A DNA stretch of 64,000 bases, taken from positions 80,042,001 through 80,106,000 of the forward strand of contig NC_043003.1 of assembly GCF_006345805.1 (NCBI RefSeq), given 5' to 3'. A model generated the notes under the pieces. The model had not been told where the DNA came from. It saw only the letters and a program-made list of their open reading frames with translations, and ran no database searches. Source of the stretch: Octopus sinensis. Taxonomy: Eukaryota. The stretch's first letter is position 1. Every line of letters begins with the position of its first letter. A program made the translations under genes and the position numbers. Shown here piece after piece: positions 36,676 to 49,330 of the stretch.

Positions 36676-37800
36676 ATGAAATATTTTTAACGGAATTCTT
36701 AGGGATTGCCCTAGAATGATTACTGAATGATTACAGATTCAGGTTTGTGTTAACAATCTGTAATCATTCAGTAATCATTCTAGGGCAATCACTAAGAATT
36801 CCGTTAAAAATATTTCATTTAGATTTTCTAAGTTATCTGCTAATGTTGACATTTTCAACGATAACGGTGAATTTTAGAACACTGCCTTACTTAAAGCAGG
36901 TTACAGAGAAAGTTACCCACATTAATTCTATTCAATCTTATTCTACCTTTAGTAATAGAAACATGAAATCTAGTTGTAACGATAAGAATGAATTTAGTTT
37001 TAATTCAGACTCCATCCGGGACAGAGGAATGTTTTTCTTTACAGCGTAAGGGGAGATAACCGTTATTTAATTCCCTTTTCTCATCCTAAAGGTAAATCGA
37101 TGTATTTTAAAGATACTTACACTAACATAGGGCAACTACAAGCAAAACTATTTGGTTGATTATTCCTTATGGGTGAATAATTAAATCTAATCTTCTAAGC
37201 TATTATTAGGAATTTTCCAAAGAATTCTAGGTATTATTCGATTATCAACTCGCAAACGGTTAGAATTAGTTTTTCTAACACAAAAAAACTTTCACAAATT
37301 ATTTCTTCATATATTAGTCTATTAAATAAGAATCCAATTACTGAAAATAATAACATTGATTTAGCTAATACTAACCATCCCCCTAGAAATATTAACAAGA
37401 AGGTTATTGTCTCTGAAGTCAATTCCAACAGAATTAAGTTTATGTCTAGTAATTCTAAGACTAAAAATTCTATATACCAGTGTAAAATTACTTCCAGTAC
37501 GATGTCTTTTTTATATAGGTAGTCCTTTTCAGTTATCCTTTAGAATTTCTAATCATAACTCGACATTTAGGGATAGTATTAAACGCAACAGTACAGGGCT
37601 TAGAAAATTTGGTATCTAAAAGACCATAATAAACAATTTAAAATTTAGATTGGTTGATTCTCTCCCTTTCAATCTCCTAAATGGTAAAGAATTTTGCCAA
37701 CTCTGTAATAGTGAACTATTTTCTATACTATTATCTAAGAATCCTCATGTAAACACGTTTATAGGGTGTGCTTATCGATGTAAACATTGGCAGAAAAATA
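36676..37800 (+). mobile_element. 5'-truncated Penelope-like element C (thumb, linker, GIY-YIG) with a 64-bp inverted copy of its 5' end
   Basis: SNHSRAITKNSVKNISFRFSKLSANVDIF..ALLKAGY, TIWLIIPYG..TVRISFSNT, NSIYQCKIT..YIGS..RISNHNSTF, CQLCNSELFSI. Homologous in layout to PLE-A. Confidence 0.8.
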
Positions 37801-38465
37801 CCTTTAGTTCATATAAGTGATATCTACCATTCTATATAATTTGAACATTGCTTTTCTTCTAACATTTACTTCTACTAGATATATCTATTTCCAAGCCTTT
37901 AAGCTTTTATTTTAATTCACATATCGCTCTATACTTCTCCTTTATTAGTTTTCTGCTTATTTCTTTCCTTTTCCCCTTCTCTTTCTATAGGCTACCTTTA
38001 ACGTTATATCTTCTAACGGTTAAAAAATCCCACTTAATAGCGTTCTGTTCATCATTAAAAACATCCAACACATTCTGTTAAAATGTCTTATTAATGAGTT
38101 GAGTTTCTTTCTTTCTTTCCCTGTTGAGAAGATTACATTGTTTTACACCATATGATTCCTTTGGAATAATACCAATGTTGCCTTCGAAACATATCTCGGA
38201 AGTTAAAGAATTTGAATAACACCTGCGCTTAACTCCATTTATTTATTTATATTTATTATAAAAAACATTTCACATCATCCAGGAGTTGAAGGGGAGTCAC
38301 GTCCTTATTACTTGTATGATTTTTTGCTACCCTGGTAACTGTTTATTTTTTCCGTGTTAATTGTAAAAAAGGGAAAAATACAACCACCCGAACACACAAA
38401 CACACACACACACACACACACACACCACACACACACACATATATATATATATGTATATATATATG

Positions 38466-38524
<59 letters not shown>

Positions 38525-38794
38525 CAAGTATGCCTGTAAATTTTAAGTATGACCTACATGTTTGTGTATGATTATTGTAAGACAATAAATTTGGTAAAAA
38601 TCTCATGATTATGGTTGTAGGGAATAACCTTATGATATTAATATATTAATTGTTTGTGTTAGTCAAATTTATTGTAGGAATATATTCAGTAGAACAATTA
38701 ACACTAAACAAACTTATCCTACGTTAAATTCTTCTACTTGCTGTTCAAAGCTACACTCTACAAGACTTTGATTTTCCTAAATCAATGTATCTTT

Positions 38795-39092
38795 ACGTGT
38801 TCCAGTCATTATACTGCGGCTATGCTGAGGCACCACCTTGAAAAATCTCAATGGAACGAATCGACCCTAGGGTCGATTTCTTCGTATCCTATCGGAATAT
38901 TTTGCTGAATTTCCAAGTTATATAAACCAACACCAATAGTCAAGCGGTGACGTATATAAACCAACACCAATAGTCAAGCGGTGACGGACAACAAACACAG
39001 ATACACACACACACACAAGAATATATATATGTATGTGTGTGTGTGGCGGGCTTCTTTCAATTTCCGTCTACCAAAGCAACTCATAAGGCTTT
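38795..39092 (-). mobile_element. Degenerate 5'-truncated SINE family B with a 34-bp tandem duplication and a 20-bp palindrome
   Basis: Aligns to the 47-kb copy. tatataaaccaacaccaatagtcaagcggtgacg occurs at 38919 and 38953. Confidence 0.75.
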
Positions 39093-39096
39093 ATGT

Positions 39097-40162
39097 ATCT
39101 GTTCAGTTTGGCTCACAGACTTTTTAATTAATGTTTTTAACTCAATAGTTTGAAACTTCGTATACTGGTGTAATTTCTCACGCAGAACAATGTTTAATTT
39201 GAACATTTTGGCAAACTTTTGTATTTTAGAAGTTATTTCGTGTTATAGTTGTCGTATTTGGGTAAATTTTAACCACTTAACGACGTGTATTCAGTTGAAG
39301 AAAGCTACAGTTATTTGCGATTGTAATGAAGAGGAACAACTGTCGGTTCATCTCTACTAAATGTCACTACTCTTCTCGTGCATTCCTTAATCTTTCCTTC
39401 TCCACTGGCAGCCAGCAATTTCTATAGTATCAACTCAAAACCAGTGAACTTGTCACTGCCACTATATTTTCCAGTGTATAAGCCGCTATTTTTTACCTGG
39501 AAAATTTAGCGTGCGGCTTATAGATAGGTGTAACAATACATCATATAATTACAAAATAAGGCATTTTGAAACTATATACACGTCAACAACAAAAATGCTA
39601 GCTGCGGTTTTTAGGTTTTTTAAATACCGTTGCGCTTTATGTGTGGTTAAAACCAAAATTCTCCCCCAAATTCGGCTCTACGGCTTAAATACCGAATATA
39701 TTATGCCGAATTTGGCATAATATATTCGGGCAACGAATATATTATGTAAATAATATTTGTTTATTCTTGGTATTGATTCTTCGATGTTTAGTGGTTACTC
39801 CGACGCGAGAACCCCCCCCCCTAAAAAAAGAGGTGTGTAATATGCAACACAGGTAGTAAGCAAAATATAAAATAGTACTGAGCGGCGTTATTTAGTAGAA
39901 ATGACCCGGAAGGTGTACTCTTCGATTATTTCGATTACTATCGTAAATAGTAGTAGCTTTCTTCAACTGAATACACGTCGTTGATTGGTTAAAATTACTC
40001 CAATACAACTGTAACACGAAATAACTTCTAAAATACGAAGTTTTGTCAAAACTGTTCAAATTAAACCGTATTCTGCATGAGAATTACACTAGTACACGAA
40101 GTTTCAAACTGTTTAGTTTTATTTAAATTAATTAAAAACTCTGTGAGCCAAACTGAAGAGAT
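39097..40162. mobile_element. Non-autonomous DNA transposon-like element with about 230-bp terminal inverted repeats
   Basis: 39097-39326 is the diverged reverse complement of 39934-40162 (termini ATCT(G/C)TTCAGTTTGGCTCACAG). No coding capacity. No clear target-site duplication. Confidence 0.75.
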
Positions 40163-40559
40163 CACCCTGAACCCAGAGACATGTTTCTGAGTCTTGTCTC
40201 TGGATGCAGGCTTGGCTGGAAGGGGGTGCTTGTCTCCCCCTTGTAAACATAAGGACACAGGAAATGTATGTGTCAAGACCGACAGGGAGCTTTGATGCTT
40301 CCTAGGGCTAAATAGCAATGATGTGATTCCCTTCATGGGACTGCCACGTTAAGTTGACAGTATACAACTGCTCTATCGTCCCACCACCGCTTATGTCCCT
40401 CTGGAATAGTTAGAGATTTAATATTTCTATAACCATGATAGTTATTATATTATTGTATGGTTTATAACTTGTATTCTTATTAGAACCATAACATTTTGTT
40501 AATTCTGAAAGAATTAATAAAATTTGGATATATACTATTTATATTCATTAAATTTAGAA

Positions 40560-41380
40560 ACAATAATAATTATTATTTTATTGTGGGCAATCCCTAATGC
40601 TTCTTTTGTTTATAATACGTTTTACTTATTTACAGTGTTCTACCTTCCATAATATACGAATCAGAATCCATATTTAATTAACTTCAAATCCGGTTACTCC
40701 TACAAAACTAGTAATATGTTGATATCCATTATTGTAGCCTAACTCTATATCTGTGGGGTATTTAGGTTATAGTATTTACATCCACAAGTTTATCTTCATA
40801 TTTATTACGGAATTCTCTCTACGATAATTTAAGAAAACAAAAATTTTTTTATTAGGTTTCTATTCAAATTTATTACGGAATTACTTCTCCGATAAACAAT
40901 AATTATAGAACAGATAATAAATAGAAGACTTGTTCATTAAAGAGATAATTATCATTTATATTTTTTTACACGTTTTATTACATTTCTAGATAGAGCAAGG
41001 CCCTGATTATTAATTATATGCACATATATATTATTGTTGTATGTCATAATTACGAAAGATGTTTTTAGACATAAAAGAGTTTGGATTAATATTATTTGAA
41101 ATAGTTTTAGATTACACTTAATTATTTTGTCCGTTAAAGTTTTTTGTTGATTTTTTCAATTGAATTTTTTCTTGATTGTAATTCAGTAGTTAGCGCTCAC
41201 GCTTATAATGCATAAACATTTGAATTAATTTTTTACAATCCAGCCGTCCTTTTACACAGAATTTCGTCCATATTTAAACTCTGGATCTGATGAGACTTAT
41301 TTATAAGAGAATTGGTTATATATCAAAAAATTGTATATAAGTCGAAATAAAGTGTTGGCCTCTTGATGTTTTGATAATTT
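40560..41380 (-). mobile_element. Heavily decayed PLE-like linker/GIY-YIG remnant (tentative)
   Basis: Minus-strand fragments FISTY, SSDPEFK, GPCSI*KCNKTCK, ENSVI and TCGCKYY resemble a PLE thumb-linker, Zn-finger and endonuclease. Many stops and frameshifts. Confidence 0.4.
41231..41352 (+). ncRNA. Type III-topology hammerhead-like motif with canonical CUGAUGA core
   Basis: Stem I ATCCAG(41238-43)/CTGGAT(41281-86); CTGATGA 41287-93; stem II GACTTAT/ATAAGTC (7 bp); GAAA 41344-47; stem III TTTA/TAAA plus G-U. Position 16.1 is C instead of U. Loops are 37 and 36 nt. Confidence 0.5.
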
Positions 41381-41618
41381 ATTAGATTCATAGTATATTA
41401 TGTTATATTATAATATAAATAAATTATTGGGTTGTCAATTGTGTCTCTCTAATTAATGTTATTATTGTAATTTGCATTATACCCACATTTATATGGTATT
41501 CAACTGACGTATCAGTGAACTGAATGTTTTATGCACCCCTTTGAAGGAATTATTTCCCTTAGTTTGTGAATGGCCGCAGCTCTGAGCTGAAACTAGAGAG
41601 AAACAATATATATTATTT

Positions 41619-41827
41619 ACATCATTTACATTTGACGGATATTCGCATCTTGTTTGTTGTTAACACAACTTTTCGGTTGATATACCTTCCAGCCTTCATC
41701 ACGTCTCTTGGGAAAATTTCGAACCCGGGTTCCCAAAGACACCTGATGTAGGCTGGAGGCTATATCAGCCAAAACGTGTTAACAACAAAAAAGATGAGGA
41801 CAAATATCCGTCAAATGTAAATAATGT
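41619..41827. mobile_element. Fold-back pLTR pair (about 95-bp arms), each arm with a decayed canonical-type hammerhead
   Basis: The two arms together reconstruct ACAC | CTGATGA | A | GGCTG-loop-CAGCC | GAAAC-GT-T | GTGT. Each individual copy has core mutations. Confidence 0.75.
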
Positions 41828-41924
41828 GCATAATTCCTTATCTCTTAAATATAGAACTGTAATACACACACACACAAACACACACACACACACATACACA
41901 CACAATCACACACAAACACACACA

Positions 41925-41961
<37 letters not shown>

Positions 41962-42544
41962 GATGAGCTTCTTTCACTTTCCGTCTATGAAATCCACTCA
42001 CTGTTAGATCTTTTGGACAAAGCATCATGCTTGTCAAGATTCAGAAGGGATCGGCATATAATAAAATAAGAGGACAGAAGTAGCACTGGAAATTATCATC
42101 AGTAATAGAGTTCAGGGTAGTTACATTAAAGGATCATTCTGCAGTTTAAATAAGCATTTTGCAGAATTTCAGATATACAGTGTAATGCAATTACATACTG
42201 GGATATATTTGGATCGATTTGTATATGCTGTTTCAAATCTCTCAAGAATAAATAGGGTTAAATTTGTATGGATGCACAGGTCAAACACAGGTCAACTCCT
42301 GTGGATTAAGGTGTCTTCGACTGCTGCTCAGATACAAATTTAAACTATTTCAACTGTCTTTACATAATTGAATGATTTCAAACAATAACATATTAAACCA
42401 GTCCAATTTCTTTCATCAAATATATCCTAGTATATTTGGTGAAAGGAACCTTTACAATGTAATAAAATGGAATTGACGTTCATCAAACAGCACCAACTCA
42501 ATGATTTGCAGCCATCTTCGATTTTACTCTTACTACCCTATAAA

Positions 42545-42762
42545 TATTGATTTCAAATTTCGAAACGGAGCCAGTAATTTCTAGGGAGAGGGTGAGTCGA
42601 TTGCATCGACCACAATACTCAACTGGTACTTAGTTTATCTACCCCGAAATGATAAAAGGTAAAGTCGACCTGTGTGACATTTGAACTCAGAACGTAAAGA
42701 CGAATAAAATAACACTAAGCATTCTGTCTGGCCTTCAAACAATTCTGCCACCTCGCCGCTTT
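42545..42762 (-). mobile_element. tRNA-derived SINE family C
   Basis: caactggtactta..ccccgaaa.gataaaaggtaaagtcgacc..atttgaactcagaacgtaaagac..ctgcca.ctcgccgc. Confidence 0.85.
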
Positions 42763-45409
42763 TCCACTCTAAAATAATTGCCTTTACTTTCTTCTGTCTC
42801 TTCTGGTTTGCATGTTTCTGTCTTTTCTTCTACCTAATTTTTCTCACCTGACGTCGTTCTCTTTAGCTTCAGTTAATTAATAATATATATTACATTAATC
42901 ATATTAACTTCTAATTCCTGCTTACCCACTTTTGCAATTAAAAATTATTTTATAAACAACAACATACTCTATTTAATCACACGTTCATTCTAATCAATAA
43001 GCTCCTCCTCCAAAGTACATAAAAGGTTTTGGAAGCAATCCCTGAAAAATAGAACTAACTTCGAAATCGGTGTCGTTGGCAATAATTCTCCAACGAAAAT
43101 AAATATGATAATCTTGTTAAATTTTTTGAACAATATATCAATTAATCAATTAATACAGACAATTATACATATACATATGTGTATGCGTATGTGTGTTCGC
43201 ATACACATACACACATGCGAGTACATGATGACTATTGTTTGTTGTGATATAAAAGTTGAGTCATTTAAGTTATCTCTGAGAGCAATACCTATGAGCATGA
43301 GTTAAAAACTCGTTGTCCTAAGCTCAGATAATAATGCCATGCAAATTAAGAGCGATATAGAATAACTGGAGGTAGCAGAACGTAACAGAGCTTTAGAACT
43401 TTGAAGATGCCCATCATTTGAGGAACGTCTAAGAGAGTACGAAGTAGTAGACAGTCTAACATCTTGATGAATCCGCAAGATACCCTCGAATGTAGGAAGA
43501 AACAATTTTCTTCGCTGCTAAATCGGAATCCAAAACCTGCATATAATTTCTTGAGAAATATCACACATAATTACGAGTAGACATAGATAAATGTACAGAC
43601 GTCATTTCAAGCGTTCTCAAATGATTTAAACAGAACGAAACCGCGAAAATATTCAGGATCAGAAAACATTTCTCTTGTATTATTAATCAGACCTGACTGC
43701 CTCTTAAAATTAGGATTCTTTCTGATGTTGAAAATAAGGGAAAACCGTCTAATTGAAATGAAGAGAAAAAAATGCAGTTATTTTCATCTTCAAGAAAGGA
43801 TATGGTACGTTTTGTGAGAATTGTCGAAATACCATTGCTGTCATTTGTTGGATGCAAGCATATTTCTTGTCCGTCCCTAATTCATTGCTGAGAACTTTAT
43901 GAATGTCAGAGTGGTTTTCGTTATTCTTGTGATACTTTCGATATAAAGACGACTACAAGAGAAAAAACAATTAGAATGCAAAAAAATCATTTTTAGATAT
44001 GGAAAAAAAAACCCCGAAAACTTTCACTGTGCAGTACCAGAAGAAGACACGAGATTAGTTCTTATTGTTCAAGCAATTTTAACAGACGTTTAAGTAATGC
44101 ACAAGATTAAATGAAGCTATTGTTTCGACCAAAATAACCTTTCTTCGATGCTTTTGAAATTTTCTTCAGGCAAACTTGTTGTTGACACAAGATACCGCTT
44201 TCATGGTAGACTATTTATTATATCGAGTTACTAAAATCCAACCCAGCGCTGAGCTTCAATACGAAGAAGATTCTCTTACACGTTGTCACACACTAGGAAC
44301 TCCAGAAACTGGTCAACAACTTCATCAACGCAGATCTCATGTTTTTTCACTATTAGCAATGTATTATCACTAGCTCTTGCACAAAAACCCATCCACGTAA
44401 AGAAATAAAATAAGCTTAGCATAACAATGCAAAGGAGAGAAATATAAGTAGAGTATATCCAATAATTCGTATTACCTTATTTTTAATTAGTCACACATCT
44501 AAGTTGAGAATTAGATTACGCTCAATATTAACAGCAAATCCCTTCACTGACTCAACATTTTAGCTTTCACCTAAAACGTAATAATTGTATTATTTCAATT
44601 ATATTAACATCTTCTTGCAAATAGAATTTTAGGTTTCTTATATAACTTTGCCTTAGCTTCTTCTCACAAATACACCTAAATATAATCAATATCATTACTG
44701 TTTTGCATCATTCAAAAAAATAATAATGCTAACGTAAGAGTAATTTTATTAATAACTACTAACATAAAACTTTTATTTAAATTATAATGTTTGTGAAAGA
44801 ATATATTTATGTTATTACTGTATCTGTATAATAATAGAATAATACATTCTACACAAAATGTATTTGTCATTAAGAATACCTAAAACTACTTGAACATGAA
44901 GCATATATGTCTGTATCCGCATGTTTATAGATTTCTTGTTAATTTTCCAACAGTTAATTAATTCTATTTTCGCATCTATTTCACTTCTAATCTAGTCCTG
45001 TCATTATTTTTGACTTGTGTATTTCGCTTATTTACATTATTTACATAACAAAATGTTTTCACAATTCACACACAATTCTAGTGTTAGTAAAGTTAAATCA
45101 TTTTCTTGAACGATTTTCAATAGAGTTATCGTGAATGATATTGAACTATTACAAGAACAATTTAACAACCAATAGCTTTCTTCCTCCTAGGTATTTTAGA
45201 AAGTATAGAGGTTATTCCGTTTCACCAGAGAAGCCATATTACGCCACTGTCCAGCTTATCTTCTTTTACTGTCTTCTGTATTTCTTGTCTCTTGTCTTCA
45301 AATGAAACTAACGATAATTAACCATAACATATTCGAAATAACTTCAGACATTGCAACAATTGCTGCACAATTCTCTGCTAAACGATTTCAGTCATTTTGA
45401 ACACAGATA

Positions 45410-45496
45410 TACCATTGTGTGTATATATATATGTATGTATATGTATATAAATATATATATAATATGTATATATATATATATATCTAATATATGTAT

Positions 45497-45564
<68 letters not shown>

Positions 45565-45585
45565 TCATATATCTATACATACGTT

Positions 45586-45644
<59 letters not shown>

Positions 45645-45690
45645 GACACACATATACATGCACACACACGCACACGCATACGCACATATA
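45410..45690. repeat. Compound (TA)n/(CA)n tract
   Basis: Seen directly. Confidence 0.95.
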
Positions 45691-45704
45691 CTGAGACATG
45701 TGGA

Positions 45705-45830
45705 ACTGCATGGTTTTGTGGTTAGGGCGTTGTAGTCATGATCATGAAATTGTGCTTTCACTTCCCGGGTTGGTGGATATGTTGAATACTTGAGCAACTC
45801 TCTATTTCACGTTGCTCCTGCCCACTTTGA
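45705..45830 (+). mobile_element. Degenerate SINE family A-like head and core
   Basis: gcatggttttgtggttagggcgtt.. followed by ttgagcaa..tatttcacgttgctcc. Confidence 0.55.
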
Positions 45831-46524
45831 TGGCAAATATGAGCAATCCCATCCTGCAGGGAATATATACACTACTGAATCCTGAAAACCGGATTTATAA
45901 GCCAAGGCCTCGGAAAAGTTCATTGATCCTGTTAAGATACACACATACATGTATACATGCATACATGCTTCAACATATATGCATATATATGCATTTAATT
46001 GTCAGTATATATTAAAACTAAATCAAATTTATATAAATACATAGGAATGTTTTATATTCGAAGGTATGAAATTATGCATGCATACACAGCTGTGCACAAA
46101 AATGATACAAATATATTTAATGTCTGAATTTGTGTTTAGAAGGATCGTAGGAATGTAGTTACATTAAATGTTGTAAGTTTTCCATCGAAGTGATAAGGAC
46201 CATCTATCTAGTCAGCCTCCAGATTGACAGATGATTTGCGCTGTGATTTGGAGTGAAGATGAGTTGCGCACTCTCAAACACTCTGTTGTCATCGAGTATT
46301 TCAATCCAGTAGAAAGACCAAGTCAACATGCTGATGAAGAAAACGGATAGAGTGGATGACCAAGACGTCTTGCTTGCCTCATCTTGCTCTCTTCCCTCCA
46401 CAATGTGTTGTTAGTTCCTCCTTCTCCGTTTAACCATGAAAACTTTCTCCCGCAAAGTTTACCGACGTCGGTCTTCACACGCACAAGTAGGCCAGTCCCT
46501 TAAACTAATAAACTTATAGCACGG

Positions 46525-46670
46525 ACCCTGACAGGTGCTTTTATTCCGGGTCAGAATAGACATTGGAACAATAGATGATAAAGAATGATTCCACACTCCT
46601 GAAAACAAAAGATATCCCGAATCATTGCCCCACTATCGGATGCAGTTTATGGTAATACACAGGACATGGA
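46525..46670 (+). repeat. Unclassified interspersed repeat; second copy at about 51195-51310
   Basis: Both copies share gggtcagaat.ga....ggaacaat.g.tgat.aaga ... cccgaat ... ggatg.agttta...atac.ca.gaca. Confidence 0.55.
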
Positions 46671-47007
46671 TAGGTGTGGCATAAGACAATATGCATATAC
46701 TCCAGAGTTTTTGATGCATAAATTCACAGAATCATATGCATCGGCAAATTCGAATATAAAAATAACTCTGAAGTTTTTGTTCAGTTATGTTGCTAACTCC
46801 GTGTTTAAAAACAGGGCTGATTGCAGTGAATTTATTAGTATGTAGTATATTGGAGCAGTTTTGGTGAGTATATATTGCCAAATACTATTTATTGTTCCTA
46901 GCATTGGCACAAGTCCTGAAAAAAAACAGGGTAAACATACAACGAGGGGAAGTTGCAAAGTTCCTGACTTTAAAGGTAACACAACATGCCTGTTTGGAGG
47001 CCAAACA

Positions 47008-47407
47008 CTTTTACTCTTTTACTTTTTTCAGTCATTTGGTTGTGGCCATGCTGGAGCACCGCCTTTAGTCGAGCAAATCGACCCCAGGACTTATTCTTTG
47101 TAAGCCTAGTACTTAGTCTATCGGTCTCTTTTGCCGAACCGCCAAGCTACGGGGACGTAAACACACCGGCATCGGTTGTCAAGCGATGTTGGGGGGACAA
47201 ACACACACACACAAACACCCACATACATACACATATATATACATATATATTCGACGGGCTTCTGTTAGTTTCCGTCTACCAAATCCACTCAAAAGCCTTT
47301 GGTCGGCCCGAGGCTGTAGTAGAAGACACTTACCCAAGGTGCCACGCAGTGGGACGGAACCTGGAACCATGTGGTTCGTAAGCAAGCTACTTACCACACG
47401 ATCACTC
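47008..47407 (-). mobile_element. SINE family B, full length
   Basis: Reverse complement of the 23805-24215 copy, with a central (CA)/(TA) tract. Confidence 0.9.
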
Positions 47408-48195
47408 TTACCTTCAGATTTCTTTTACAGGGCTTAGAGAAATTGAAGGACTGCTGTAATAAGTGTGTGCATTTGAGAGGAGAATATGTTGAATAAAATC
47501 ACAATTAACTGAATCTGCTGTATTTCGTTTTACCCTAAAGCCAGGAAATTCTCAGCAACCCCTCGTAGAGGTAGCATTAGGCTAGTAGTTTACTTTATCA
47601 ACATCCCCCAAATATATTTATCACTGAAACGAATTTAATACAACGTGACCGAAGGTGCAGTTAATAGGTCATAAAAGATTCAACAAATTGATCAGCCTGA
47701 AGAGAAGGGATGTACCGCAGGAACACATTGTCGATGGAGAATTTTATGCAGTACAATCATTTTTTTTAATATGGTGTATGTGATTTTTTTCCCCAAGTGT
47801 TTTTCACTGGAGACCTTTTGTCTTACACACGAAATATTCATAACAGTTTGTAATTTTCTTTACACCTCGTTTGAGTTACACTCGATTAAGTTGAATGATG
47901 ATGTACTCTTTTCAGTTCATTTGAGACATACTCCTTCCCCACCACATGTATATGTGTTCGTGTGTGTATGCGTATATGGTGGTGTATGTACGCAAATGTA
48001 TTCTCTATCTTATATAGTTTCACGTCTAGCTTAAATTCATTTTTATGGAGAACGTTAGAAATATGTTTATGTATATATCCCATTGAAATATTCATGAAGC
48101 TAGTTTAAAATCATTTTCAAGAGAGAGAGAATGAGAAAGCATATGAGTATATGTATGCATATGTACATGTATGTATAAGTGTGTTTGTATGTATG

Positions 48196-48245
<50 letters not shown>

Positions 48246-48519
48246 AATCATACATATATATATTCATCTGTAAACTTATATACATACATGCACGTATATA
48301 TGTATGGAGAGAGAGAGAGAAAGATACAGATAGAAAGAAAGAGGCAGTAAGAGAGAGACAATGGTTTCACTAAATTGTTTTTAATGAATAATTTATTTCT
48401 GCAGTAATGGTTAGTATTCGCTGAAAAGATTATTGTTTTCGATAATAATTATTTGAGAAATATTTTTACTCCTACTCGACTAAGTGATGGATACTAAGTA
48501 TTGGTTTGTAACTTAGGTA

Positions 48520-48750
48520 GGGAAAAACCAAGTCAGTGGCTGCCTCTTAATGTTGATCATTGACCCTGAAAGACCTCCTGTTCATGGCTGTCCACAATTT
48601 TTTGGAACAGAACAGTCAATAGCTACAATAGTTCTTTCGTTTATGAAGACTGGGGATGTTGTTTGAGGGAGGTGCTGCCTCTATATTTAGCAGAATGAGA
48701 GTCTGCTTAATGACTTCTCTTGTAATGACAAGAGCTTCCACAAACCAATG
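48520..48750 (-). mobile_element. Possible decayed piggyBac-like transposase C-terminus
   Basis: The minus strand gives FVEALVITREVIKQTLILLNIEAAPPSNNIPSLHKRKNYCSY*LFCSKNCGQP, resembling a cysteine-rich C-terminal domain. No TTAA/TIR seen. Confidence 0.3.
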
Positions 48751-49021
48751 GTAAGTCACTAGTGGAGACGTCATGGTGTTTAATAGTATTCATTGTCTTA
48801 CTTGAAGGCACATGTGACATCTCTTGTACCATCGTATCCAACATACTTGAATATAAAGAATTTCATCCCTTTTCTGGTCGTTCTGCTTGTAAACGATTTT
48901 TGTGTCAGTCTCCGGAAAATTACTGTGCGGCCAAAATTTCAGTGTAGATTATTATATGTCTTTCGTCGATTTTTTTTGTTTCTTCAACAGAAAATCCTTG
49001 ACTGGTGGATTCTGTTGATTT

Positions 49022-49220
49022 TATCTGTTACTTGTTTCAGTTATTATACGACGGCCATGCTAGGGCACCGCCTTCAATATAACTTAGTCGAATATATCGA
49101 CCCCATTACTAATTATTTTAAGCGTGATACTAATTATATCAGTCCTTTTGCTGAACCGCTGATTTTAGGGGACGTAAATATACAGCTGTCAAGTGGTGAG
49201 GGAAGACAAACATAGACACA

Positions 49221-49272
<52 letters not shown>

Positions 49273-49330
49273 TACTCACTCACACACACACATACACAAA
49301 CACACACACACAGGAGATTTCTTGTTAGTG
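49022..49330 (-). mobile_element. Degenerate SINE family B (3' half plus central (CA)n)
   Basis: ttacttgtttcagt..cggccatgctagggcaccgcc..ttttgctgaaccgct..ggggacgtaaa. Confidence 0.8.

Noticed and set aside
43290-46420. Protein-like short frames at 43.3-43.56, 44.17-44.37 and 46.2-46.4 kb
   Set aside because: Stops occur in most frames and no motif can be assigned with confidence (weak hAT- or Myb-like hints only).
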